Source: Anolis carolinensis (Eukaryota). Taken from it: a stretch of DNA of 64,000 nt. The notes below the pieces were generated by a model that ran no database searches, had not been told where the DNA came from, and was given only the letters and a program-made list of their open reading frames with translations. How positions within the stretch are numbered: position 1 is the first letter of the stretch; the number at the start of each line of letters is the position of its first letter. Below, piece after piece: positions 12,870-24,794 of the stretch. Both the position numbers and the translations under genes were made by a program. The stretch covers positions 197,052,107 through 197,116,106 of the forward strand of contig NC_085844.1 of the NCBI RefSeq assembly GCF_035594765.1. Direction: 5' to 3'.

Positions 12870-13893
12870 CAAACCCGAAGACATCAATAACAAAACTACA
12901 ACAAAGTTTTCATTACTATGTAATTACTGCTATTACTACTCAACCCATTGCTCATTTCAGTGCTGAAAAATAACTTGTTGGAGTATTCATTAATTGTCCA
13001 TTTCTCTATAAAGAAAAAACCACAGGGTAATGGTTAAAAACTGGTTTTAAACTATAGTAACTTTTGAAAATAACTATCAATCATTTCTTGTTGTACAAAT
13101 AAAGTAACTTTACTTTTACTGATTTTATTGCTTTTTAAATGTATACTATCGCATCCGAACTACCAACCCACTCACTCACTAAATAGGTATAGCTAACTAT
13201 TTTATTTGTAATGTGATACTTCCAAATCTTTACTCAGCCATTGTTTGATGCCCTTTCCAATTAGAAACTAGAGAGTCTGAGATAGTCAAGTTAATTAGGA
13301 TTTTTGTTGTTGTGTGCCTTCAAGTTGTTTCAGCCAGGTAAATGACCTTGGAGAACCACATTCAGCCTGTGGGCCTTAGTTTGGGGACCCCTGGTCTAGC
13401 ATTTATTTTGTTCCTGCCAGGCATATGCTGAATCTCTCATTTCAAGTGAGATGTTGTGTGGGAAAGAAATCTACAGAGAGAAGGGGATCTTGATGGCATC
13501 TTGCCTGGAGGCCACAAAAATCTTTCAACTTGCACTTTCTGTTACTTGAGGTTAAAATGCTGGAAGGCAAAAGCTGATTTTAGAACTCTGATGGAAGCTA
13601 TTCCATCCTTACACTTTTAAGAAAATAGCCTTTCCCTTCCTTTCTAAAATATACCTTGATAAAGTGTTAGGCACAGACATTATCAGTACCAAAATCTGCA
13701 TCGTTATTATCACTTGTCTTGGACACCATTTTAATAGAGACAGTAGACTCAAGGCATTTTACAGAGAAAATATTCAGCAGTTAAAAATTAATAAATTAAT
13801 AAATAAAATATGACATATTGCACCATTTCCCTCCAAGAACAAATGATAGTGATAATAAATTGGGCCAAGGTCAGAAATTGTAATGATATCCAT

Positions 13894-14073
13894 TCATAGA
13901 ATCATAGAATAATAGAGTTGGAAGAGACCCCATAGGCCATCCAGTCCAACCCCCTGCCAAGAAGCAGGAAATTGCATTCAAAGCACCCCCGACAGATGGC
14001 CATCCAGCCTCTGCTTAAAAGTCTCCAAAGAAGGAGCCTCCACCACAGTCCGGGGGAGAGAGTTCCACTGCCG
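13894..14073 (-). mobile_element. CR1 LINE 3' end
   Basis: catagaat tail repeats (the CR1 ATTCTATG tail read on the minus strand); reverse complement of the CR1 3' end at 27590-28015. Confidence 0.9.
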
Positions 14074-14679
14074 ATTAACATTGTTCAGATTAACATTGTT
14101 ACAACTGAGTGGCATCTGTGAGGCAGGGGGTTAAAACTGGATGGCTCCTGTGATCTCTTCCAGCTTTATAATTCCATGACACCATCCTTTCCTTTCCCCT
14201 ATGCATCCTTTTACAATATAAGTAAATAAACTATCTGGAAAATGCAGGATCAGATAATTTCTGTTTATTGATTTAAGAATATGAATGTAAACCCCTTCTG
14301 TCTCTAGGAAAGTTCCTACTCTCCATAGAATTACCTTTGATTGTGAAATCTTACTTTTGTCTTCCTGGTTGTTGACCGAAAGCTACCCGATTTTATAGAA
14401 TGCCAAATCTAGATATACAATCTCCCAAGAATCTGCTTTGATTAGCTACACTTGGGATGCAGCTTCTTGTTAAGAATTCTATGGTACCTTTTTACTGTAC
14501 ATTTTAATACTGCTCTTTGTTTTTATATAAATATCAAAATTGATTTGTGATATTGTCCATGTGGATTGCAAATATGATATATACCTGTGGTAAATTTATG
14601 TTTTCCAACAATATGCAACATATTAGTACATGTCACTCAACAAACAATAGTTATAATTCTTCCCTATATCTATACATAG

Positions 14680-15002
14680 GGAAGATTAGAGGGGACATGG
14701 TAGCTATGTATACATATTAGAAATTATGTCATATTGAAGATATAGCAAGCTTGTTTTCTGCTACTCTAGAGATTAGGAGCAAAGGACTCAAACTACAGGA
14801 AGATTTGATCAAAACATTAGGAAGAACTTTTTGGATCTTTTGATAGAGGGAATAGACTGCCTCAAAATGTGGTGGAGTCTCGTTCTCTGGGCTGGATTGC
14901 CATCTATCAGGAGTGCTTTGATTGTGTAATCCTGCATAGCAGGATATTTAGACTGGTTGGCCTTTTTTGTCTCTTCCAGCTCTTATTTTTCTATGATTCC
15001 AT
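14680..15002 (+). mobile_element. Old CR1 3' fragment
   Basis: Aligns by eye to the CR1 at 27590-28015 (aacattaggaagaactt, attccatg tail). Further CR1 RT debris at ~15130-15240 and ~15880-16010 (cagatgacaccaaa = xDDTK). Confidence 0.7.
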
Positions 15003-17109
15003 GGAGAATTCTTGAAGAGGAGAAGAGGTCCCTGAAGACTGGAGATGAGAAAACATTTTCCCCAACTTCAAAAATAGAACAATAGTGCCTAGGCAACCAC
15101 CAAGCAGTCAGCTTGATATTTATACAATCAATGTTCTAGAGCAGACTATTAAACAAACCATCATGAGAGCACTTAGAAAAGAAGGCAGTGATTGCTAATA
15201 TTCAGCATGGGTTTCTCAAAAGAAAATCATGTAAAAAATAAGAGGAGAGAGAAAGAGAGAGATTTTCCTAATACAGGCCCCACAAAGAAAGAAGGGTGGG
15301 TTTGGAGATCTGCATTGGTCAGGGAAAGTACTCTCCCCCCCCCCCAAAAAAAGAACCCCAAAAGATTCTAGAGACATCAAAAGTTGCCTTTCCTTCATCC
15401 TGATGGAATTGTGAGAACTCTACAAAGACAAGCTAACTGAGGCTCTTGGCCAGAGTCAAGGGTGTCAGACCTTATACAGTATTACTCAGTATTTAGCTTA
15501 ACAAAGGGAAGGAATGTCTCAAACATTATACTCACTTAAGAAAGACATCAGAGAATTCTTAAGATGATCACCCTTGCCTCAAAGTGACATCCCTTATCAG
15601 TGGAATTTCCTGTCTATAAGGCATTGTTTGCCAATTTGAAGAGTTAAAACTTTGGTGGGATTGGGGTATAAGCCTTATTCAGATGTGTCTCACTAGTCTC
15701 AACACATCCAGGGTTGGCATTAATGGAATTATGTTCTTTCAGAAATTGATGGGGACAAGATTTTGACCAAGAGAGGCCTCTCTAGCTAGTATTTCTGTTT
15801 CATTAGCCATACAACTGAATGTCATTTCATTTCAGAGCAGCGTCACATACATCTTGGCCGGGGTGTTATGCAAATGTAGCCTTCATTTTGATGATGGAGT
15901 ATGCTCATCAATTTTTCAGATGACACCAAAATGGGCAGATTAGTTAATAGGATAGTATCAGAATTCAATATGATCTCAGCAGATTGGAAAAGTGGACCAA
16001 AAATAACAGGGTGCTGAAGGAAGAGCTTATCTGTGATAGCGGGAGGGAAGCCCCAGGACTGACGAGCGGCGAGGGTTGGAGGATTTTGAGGATTTGAGGA
16101 CAAGGGCGCGGACGGAGGAATAAAGAAATGAAACAGTAAACACTCACCGACCTTGAGCGCCATATTGTTTAGTCTACGCTGATCTTCCTCCAAACAACTA
16201 GAAAGCCGCCCATAGGAAGGGGGAGCCCACGTGGAAGGTGGAGCCGGAACTACTGGCAAAACGGAAGGCGAAGAGAAGTAAGCAGAGGCGAAACCGGACG
16301 TAGGCGAGGGGAAGGAATTCAGAGGCGGACAGAATGGAATTGAAGAAGAAGGGAAACCAGAGAGACCTGCTAGAGAGATAAAATTAGCGGAACTCCCCCT
16401 GCTGGCAGATCCGGGAAGTCTGAGAAGATATACTCAAATGTTAGACTGTGAAATTATTAGTAAAGAAATAACAAGATTAATAAGGAGTGATAAGGTACTG
16501 ATAGAAAAGAAGAGAAGATTGACAAGAGGATGGAGTGTGAGAGGGAATTAAATTTTAAAGCTACAGAGCACCCTGGGGTTTGCAGTCCATAACAAGCACC
16601 TTTTCCAAGCCCTAAATGTGAGCAAGCTGACTTCAGCTTCAACTTGGGGAGCACCCTTAGGAGCTCCTAGGAGTTACTATTGGTGAGGCAACTCACACTC
16701 TCTCCGGTGAAGCAAGCAACTAATGGTTTTGGAAGAATAATCAACTGATGTAAATTCAAGATTTGGGTTATTCTACGGATAGCCATCAAATTTGTATACT
16801 TTATCTAAACCATTAACTCACGGTACTCATAAACTCCAGACCTATCATAAGAGACCCCCCCCCTTTCCCCCCCCCTTTTTTTCCTTTCTTTTTTCTTTTT
16901 TCTTTGTTCTTTTTTTTTCTTTTCTTTCTTCTTGTTGCTGTTTTTTAGTTCTCGAGTGAGGGTTTTTTTTTTCTTTTTTTCTTCTTTTTTCTTTTTTTCC
17001 CTTTTTCTTTTTTCTTTTTCTTTTTTGGATTTTTTAAGCAGTGTTTGGTAACTCAGGACTGGAGACACAAAATAAAATCGGGGAACTGTAATTTTGATAA
17101 TTTACCAGG

Positions 17110-18195
17110 ATGACTACTCCTAAATGGAAATCAGATAAAGACACAAGAGAGATGAAGGAGACTAAATTTAGCACTAGAAGATCATCCCTGCTGGATGATA
17201 ATTGCATGAAAGAAATCTTACGGGAGATGCAGAAAATTTCAGAGAAACAAGATATACTCCAGAAAGAAATGCTATCCATAGCAAAAAAGCAAGACACCCA
17301 ACAAAAAATGCTACAAGAGGAGATGTCAAATTTAAAGAAAGAGTTAAGAGAGGAGCTAGGCTCGATTAAAAAGGAAACCACCAAGAATTCAAATAATATA
17401 AATGAACTGAAAATAGAGAACAGAAAGTTGGAGAAAACAAATTCCAAGTTGCAAAAAAGGATCGAAACCCTGGAGGAAAAAAATAAGAAACTGGAAAAAA
17501 TACAAGAAAAAATAGAACACCAAACAATGGAGTATCAATTAAGATACAGGAATGTACAGGAAGAGACTGATGAAAACATAGGTTGGGTGATTATCCAACT
17601 AACAGCCAAAATACTGCAGTGTACGGAACAGGAGGTATGTGGACAGATCGATCGGGTCTATCGAATTCAGAATAACTACACTAGAAAAAACAAAGCAATC
17701 AAAGACGTAATCGTGCACTTCCTGAAGAAGAGTACCCGGGATGAGATCCTAAAGAAAAATGTCTCTAATCCAGCCATTTACAAAGAGAGGAAAGTAATTA
17801 TCCTTAAAGAGTTCCCGAAAGTCACACTGAATAGGAGGAAAAAATACTTTTTCCTAACAGATGAATTGAAGAGATTACAAATACGATACAGGTGGGACAA
17901 ATATGAAGGCCTAATGGCTACATATAAAGGCGAAAGGATTTGGGTAACAACTGAGGAAGAAGCCAAAGATTTCTATAAAATAATAAAAAGAGACATAAAT
18001 AGAGAATCCTCACCCCAGCAAGGGGGAGAAGAAAAATTTCCCAAGAACTCCAAAAAAAGGAGATTCGCCTCACCTAGAGAGGAAGATTTAACGATTGCTC
18101 AATTGGATCTAGCGGAGGATTTAGAAGCGAATGAGGACCCAGAGGAAGGAACATCGGAGGAAGAAGGAAAGACGGATGATGACGAAGGATCCTAA
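17110..18195 (+). CDS. L1 ORF1p (coiled coil + RRM + CTD, Transposase_22-like), intact 361 aa
   Basis: Heptad-rich N-terminal half, LRYRNVQE / IDRVYRI / DVIVHF RRM motifs, LNRRKKY CTD, acidic C-terminal tail; lies directly upstream of ORF2. Confidence 0.9.
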   Translation: MTTPKWKSDKDTREMKETKFSTRRSSLLDDNCMKEILREMQKISEKQDILQKEMLSIAKKQDTQQKMLQEEMSNLKKELREELGSIKKETTKNSNNINELKIENRKLEKTNSKLQKRIETLEEKNKKLEKIQEKIEHQTMEYQLRYRNVQEETDENIGWVIIQLTAKILQCTEQEVCGQIDRVYRIQNNYTRKNKAIKDVIVHFLKKSTRDEILKKNVSNPAIYKERKVIILKEFPKVTLNRRKKYFFLTDELKRLQIRYRWDKYEGLMATYKGERIWVTTEEEAKDFYKIIKRDINRESSPQQGGEEKFPKNSKKRRFASPREEDLTIAQLDLAEDLEANEDPEEGTSEEEGKTDDDEGS

Positions 18196-21100
18196 AAAGA
18201 TAAGTAAAGTTAGTCAAACATTAAGATGTTTTTCGAACAACGTTAATGGGTTAAATTCACCCAATAAGAGGAAAATATTATTTAATAAACTAAAGAAAGA
18301 TAGATATAGCATAGTAGCCCTGCAGGAGACGCACATCTCGCAAAAATATAGCTATCTGTTAAAAAATGAAAAAATTGGGAAAGAATTTATATCAGCTGAC
18401 AAAGAAAAAAACGGGGAGTAGTACTATATTTAAATCATGAGCTTAACGCGATAGAACAATTTAAAGATACTGAAGGGAGAATGATTGCAGTACTGATTGA
18501 CACCACACTAGGTAAAACCCTCCTATGTAATGTATATATGCCCAATGGCCCCAAGATGAAATTTGTAAAGGCATTAAGAGATAACATTGAGAAGGTAGAA
18601 TGCGATCAAATTATATTATTTGGGGATTTTAATGGGGTTCTGGACAATCAACTAGACAAAACTAGAAGAATTAGAAGGAATAAAATGTCAGGTGTCCTTC
18701 CAAAAAACCTCTTCTTATTAAAAGAAGAATATGATTTGGTGGATGCATGGAGAGAACGTAATCCAGAGGAAATTGACTATACACACTACTCCAGCAGACA
18801 TCAAACCTGGGCAAGGATCGATATGATCTGGGTATCAAAATCGATTCTACCAAAGATCAATAATATACAAATTCTCCCCAGAGAGACATCGGATCACTGC
18901 CCCATGAGTATGCAAATTAACAAAAAATTGACCACAAAATATTGGAGATTAAATGAGAACTTAATCAGACGAGAGGAAGACATAAAGCTGATCAAGGATA
19001 TGATGGCCGAATATTTTAAACTCAATGACAATAAGGAAACTAGCCCACAAAATATTTGGGATGCCTATAAGGCAGTAGCAAGAGGGTTCTTGATTCAGTT
19101 AAACTCATGGAAAAAGAAAAAGAGGGAAGCAGAGGAAAATAGGCTTAATAGAGAAATAGCAATAAAGGAAAAAGAACTGAAAAAAAACCCCGGAAGAAAA
19201 AAGTTAGTAAGATGTTTAGAACTCCTAAACAAACAAAAAAAGAGCTTGCAATTAGAAACAATAGCCAAACAATTAAAATGGGTCAAGCAAAATTCTTTCG
19301 AAAATGCGAACAAGCCAGGTAAATGGCTCGCTAGATTAATAAGGAAGAAGAAACAAAACCAACAAATTACAAAAATCAAGATACATGACAAAATATCAAC
19401 TTTAGAGAATGAGATCAAGGAAGAATTCAAAATTTTCTATGAGAAATTATACAAAGATGACGATATTAATCCGGTAGAGATAATGGATTATTTAGGAAAA
19501 CAAAAATTAGATAAAATTTCGGAGGAACAAAGATTAAAACTTAACAAAGAAATCTCAGAAGATGAAATCCTCAAAGTAGTTAGAAAACTAGAAAGCAATA
19601 AAGCCCCAGGGCCAGATGGCTTTATAGGGGCATTCTATAAGTTAGAACTCAAAGAAGTTATTAGATACTTACAAAAATTAATGAATATGGCACTACAAGG
19701 AAAAACGATTCCAAACTCGTGGAAAGAAGCAAGAATCACAATGATCCCGGAAGAAGGATCAGACACAACTGATGTGCGGAATTTCAGACCCATATCCTTA
19801 CTTAACTCGGATTATAAAATTTTCACCAAAATATTAGCGAATAGATTAAAAGAATTCCTATCAGATTGGATAAGTGAAGAACAAACGGGATTTTTACCAT
19901 CTAGAAGTATCAAAGATAATGTACGCACGATAATTAATGCAATTGAATATTATGACCAAAATATACAAAAAGAAGTAGGGTTCTTAGCATTAGATGCCGA
20001 AAAGGCTTTTGACAATTTAAATTGGAATTTTTTTAAATCAGTTTTTCAGGAAATAGATGTGGGTCTGCAATTCCAGAACGGAATCAACAGCATTTATGAG
20101 AAGCAATGGGCAAGGATTATAATAAATGGGGAAGTAACAGAGATTTTCCAAATTGAAAAAGGTACGAGACAGGGTTGTCCACTGTCCCCCCAAATTTTCA
20201 TTTTGGCGCTAGAAATACTTCTTAGAGCAATTAATAAAGATGAGAAGCTACAAGGGATTAGAATTGATAAACAAAATTATAAATATAGGGCTTTTGCTGA
20301 CGATGTCATATGCATTATCGAAAATCCAAGACAGAAAATTAAAAATTGGCTAGATAAAATTGGCGAATTTGGAAAAGTAGCAGGCCTTAAGATCAACACA
20401 AAAAAAACAATGATTCTTACAAAAAACATGTCAAAGGAAAAACAAAAGGACCTGAAAGATATTTCAGGCTTAGAAACCCCCTCAAAAATTAAATATCTGG
20501 GTATCTGGATGTCAGCCAAAAACAACCAATTATTAAATTTAAACTATACTACAAAATGGTCAGGAATTCATCAGGATTTAAAGAAATGGACTAGTTTAAA
20601 TCTTTCATTAATGGGAAGAATAGCTATGATTAAAATGAATATTCTTCCTAGACTAATGTACTTATTCCAAAACATTCCGATTGTTAGGAAAACCAAAATA
20701 TTTAAAGATTGGCAGAAAGAACTAATGAAATTTATTTGGAAAAATAAAAGACCTAGAATTAAATATTCGACAATGATTTCCCCGAAAAATAAAGGAGGCT
20801 TTGGAGTCCCGGACTTGAGATTATATCATGAGGCCAGTGCGCTTTACTGGATTAAGGACTGGATTAAATTGGAGAAGATAAAATTACTAACATTAGAGGG
20901 GCATGATTTAAGGATGGGGTGGCATGGGTATCTATGGTATGGAAAATCAAAAATCGAAAAACAATTTGGAAATCACTATATTAGATCAGTCCTCTTTAGA
21001 ACTTGGGAAAAATATAAAAGATATTTTCACCTTAAAACTCCGACTTGGTTATCACCATTAGAAGCTAACCATAGAAGATTGCTGGGATGGATAAAATGGC

Positions 21101-21996
21101 CCACCTACAAAGAAATATTGTCGGTGGAAGCAGTGAATATGGGAGAATCTAAACTAAAAGAGTTGGATGAAATTCAAAGAATCAATAAGAATATATCTTG
21201 GTACCAATATATTCAGCTAAAAGAAGCATACAAAAGAGATAAAATTGAAGGATTCGATATGGAGCAAGGGTTTTGGGAAAAACTTTTACAAATAGAAAAG
21301 AAAAATATTTCCATTATTGTACAATAAATAAAATAAAATTGAATTGGACAACCGAAACAGAGGAAATCACTAACTCAATGATTCAGTGGGCCAGAAATGT
21401 AGGAAGATCAATTTTAATACAGGAATGGGAGTCAATTTGGAGGGTTAAAATCAAATACACCTACTCTACAGACATGAAGGAAAACTGGTTAAAAACCATT
21501 CATAGATGGTACCTTACACCAAAGAAATTAGGACAGATGTACAAAAATGCTAATACAAAGTGTTGGAGATGCAAAGAACAAACAGGTTCCTTCATCCATA
21601 TGTGGTGGAGCTGTAGGAAAATTAAAAAATACTGGGAATTGATTTTAGGGGAATGTAATAAGATCTTGAAAACACAATTTGAATTAAAACCCGAGCTTCT
21701 CCTGCTAGGGCTATATGATCAACAAGTCAAAATAGATTATAATACAGACAAACTTTTCACATTTTTCATCACGGCAGCCAGAATGGAAATCCGAAGAAAC
21801 ATTGATGAAAGACTGGTGGATCGATAAAGTGATTGACATAAAAGACATGGACAAATTAACCTTTTTACTGAAGAAGAATGATGGCAGGAAAACGAGAGAG
21901 ACGGACTGGTCCAGATTGGATGACTATTTAAAGAAGCAAAGACATTGTAACAAAATGGATATAGATGAAGATAAAGAAGATAAAGAGAAAGAATAG
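18176..21996 (+). pseudogene. L1 ORF2p (AP endonuclease, reverse transcriptase, CCHC knuckle), broken by frameshifts
   Basis: NVNGLN, LQETH, GDFN, SDH (EN); KAPGPDG, RPISLLN, LDAEKAFD, GTRQGCPLSP, FADD, YLG (RT); CWRC..HMWWSC. Lesions: 1-nt loss in the A run at 18405-18411, indels at ~21310-21340, deletion at ~21785. Confidence 0.93.
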
Positions 21997-22479
21997 AGAA
22001 GAACAAGACCGGAAGTCTTCACCCCCCCCCCCCTTCTTTCCTATCCCCTATTTAACCCTAACCTATCAGTTCCTAGATACCTTCCCTTCCCTCCCTATCC
22101 CTCCCCCCGACCTTTAATGTACTCCTTTCTTCCTTTCCTTTCCCCCCCTCCTACCCAAGTCAAAGCCGCCCAAACCCCCAAGCCCCCCCTCTCCCCTTCC
22201 CTTCCCTTTCCGTCCTCCCTGGATCTTTGTATGGTAAAACCTTAATAATAAAAAAAAGGAATATTATAGAGAGATTGCATGTCCAAATTCATTTGCTATG
22301 CTTGGATGTAATTCATCTGATCCTAGAGACTTGAATTCAATTATTCAATTTTAAATATTAAGTTTAAGAAACTCTTTTCTGCAAGTATTTTACCACACCC
22401 ATTATTTTCCTGAGTTTATTTAAATCAATTTTCATAAGGCTCAGGGTACATGTCAAGTTTCCTTGTCTTTCATTTAATG

Positions 22480-23330
22480 AATCCCAGGATGATGTGTTCT
22501 GCTCAGGATTTCTACTAATTCTTTCTCCATGACTTTTCTTCCCTGTTGGTGAGGATCAGGTCCAAAAACAGTTAACCCCTTTGCCTCCTCCTTCATACTC
22601 TAGAAAATGAAATTGACTGCAAAGAAAATGAAGAATGTGTTGTTCTTACAGTTTGACTACCAACAGATATCAGAGCAGTTGAAGTCTTCCACTACTGTCC
22701 CTCTTGTTTTTTAGAACTTTGTGATCTAATCTACAAAGGCATCATCCAAACCTTCAGTTTGGCTTAGAAGATTATACAGTGTGATTATATGCTTCCCTCT
22801 TCTATCACTTTTTCTTAAATTTTCCCAATGTGCCCTCCCTGCTTCACATCTTAGATCTCCTCACTCATTTATGCATTCCTTATATATAATGCTATATTTC
22901 CTCCATACTGGTTATGTTTATTCCTTTTGAACAGGACATAGTGCTTATGTACTGAATTAATTTCATTTATGCCTCTTTTTCTACTCTGCTCCTATATTAA
23001 TATTTTAAGCTTTTCTTGTTTGCATAATATGGTTTATATATGTGTGCTTGTGTGTGGCATGGGAAGAGGGGGTGTCCCAGCAGCTTTGTTCACCATATTC
23101 CATGGGGAGAAATACAGTTCAGCAACCTCTGTAGGGATATATGATTCCAACTCAGTGCAGAAATATCTGAGACCATGGATCATTCCTTCTAGTAGGTTCC
23201 TTGTTATTTTTACGGTGTCTGGTGATATGCCATTTCAAATGCTCTATGTTTCCTATGCATTACTGACGTTGCTGTACCCAGATACTTTGTATCTTCATGA
23301 CCAATAAATATTGTTTCCCATAGAGGATTC
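22480..23330 (-). mobile_element. Old CR1 fragments (endonuclease region)
   Basis: Reverse complement of ttggtgaggatcaggtcc gives DLILTN and of gttgaagtcttc gives EDFN (degenerate GDFN). Confidence 0.55.
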
Positions 23331-23883
23331 AATTCAAAGTCCTCCGGATTACACTGATCCACATGACTAACATATCTAGCCATGAAATGGAACTAAGCAT
23401 TTCACTGCATCCCATCTGAGCCTAATCCAACTGCTAACTTGAGAAGACATAATACATAAAACAGAGTGGTAAATCAAATTACATAACCCCCGTTGGTACA
23501 ATGGATTTGCTCTGGATAGCAGTAACAGCTGGATTTGGGCACTGTTTGGCCCATGCTTTGGAACTACGTTTTGCTCTAAAAATGGGCCAAAGTAGATCCA
23601 AAGTACTCGAAAGCAGCAGTTCTCAAACTGTGCTCTTCGGAGCCCTTAGGGCACAGCAAAGCACAGTCAGGGGCTCCAGCGGTGGCAGTGTGAAGGCCCC
23701 ATAGACTGCGTTGCCAGTGTGGAGGCTTCGTAGGCTGTGCCGATGGTAGCAGTGTGGAAGCCCTATGTGCTTCCTAGACAGGGGGCAAGGCCCCCTACTG
23801 CCGCTTTGACCATGCTTTTCCCACAAGGCAGAAGGAAGTTGGATTTGGTGACCCCTGGGTTGCTCTTCCTCCTCCTATTATAA

Positions 23884-23884
<1 letters not shown>

Positions 23885-23931
<47 letters not shown>
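23885..23931. repeat. (ATT)n microsatellite
   Basis: Direct reading. Confidence 0.95.
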
Positions 23932-24794
23932 GCAAAAGCTGAATGGGGACCACCAATGAGTACCATGCACTGTAGCCTATATTTCAGAGGAAGGAAATAG
24001 CAGAACCACCTCTAAATATTGCTTACCTTAGAAAAGTTTATCAAATTCATGATGTTGCCATAAATCAACAGGAAACTTCAAGGTAAATACATACAGAAAG
24101 ACAGCTTTCATGCACATAGTTTGAAAATTTTTGTAACCATTTTGTAAAGTCTTTTCTTTTACAAGATGAACCATGAAGATGTTGTGAAGAAGCCAGGAAT
24201 GCTCCTTCCTAAAAACAACATTGAACTACAATTCCCAAGATGATTTTGACCTATGGCAACCCTGAATGAGAGACTTCCAAGTCACAACATCTCCATCTAT
24301 TCAGGTCTTGAAGACTCACAGCTGTGGTGGTATCTCTCCACATGGAAAGCAGTCTCTCTATTCTTTCCGTCTTCAGCCTTACCAAACATCACTGCTTTTT
24401 CAAGTGAATCATGTCTTCCCGCCCTATGGCAATCTCAGTTTAGTCATCTTGGCTTCTAGACAGAGATCAAATTTGATTTGCTTCGGAGCCCTTTTATTCA
24501 TCATAGATTTTCTCAAACTCCAGTTCAGCTCTACATTTAAAATGAATTTATTTTCTTCCTACCACATTACCATTTATTCTTTTCTTGACAATTTTCTGAT
24601 ATAAAGACATATGGTGGGTAGGTGGTAGAATCAACAGAATCCCTCCTTCTCCTCGTCCTCATCCTCTCCTTCATCTCCTCCAAGCTACCTTTTCTCTAGA
24701 GCTGTGGCATTGAATAATGGCCCACAGCATTCACACAGGCCTCTCCAAAGTTTCCTCATGCTTCCCATTCTTTGCTAGCACCTCATCAATCAAT

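Larger units (their letters stand above)
16010..22258 (+). mobile_element. Full-length L1-clade LINE (~6.2 kb)
   Basis: CpG-containing ~1.1-kb 5' UTR, ORF1, ORF2 (APE-RT-CCHC), C-rich 3' UTR and A-tail at ~22244-22257. The 5' boundary is approximate and no clean TSD was found. Confidence 0.95.

Noticed and set aside
15843-16259. Antisense ORF in the L1 5' UTR (ORF0-like?)
   Set aside because: TTG start, and the second half lies in flanking CR1 debris; no motif support.
16531-16540. tggagtgtga matching the start of miR-122
   Set aside because: Only 10 nt, inside the L1 5' UTR, no hairpin; no full miR-122, miR-194 or miR-101 sequence was found by eye.
16805-17068. Lys/Glu-rich ORF
   Set aside because: Translation of the T-rich tract.
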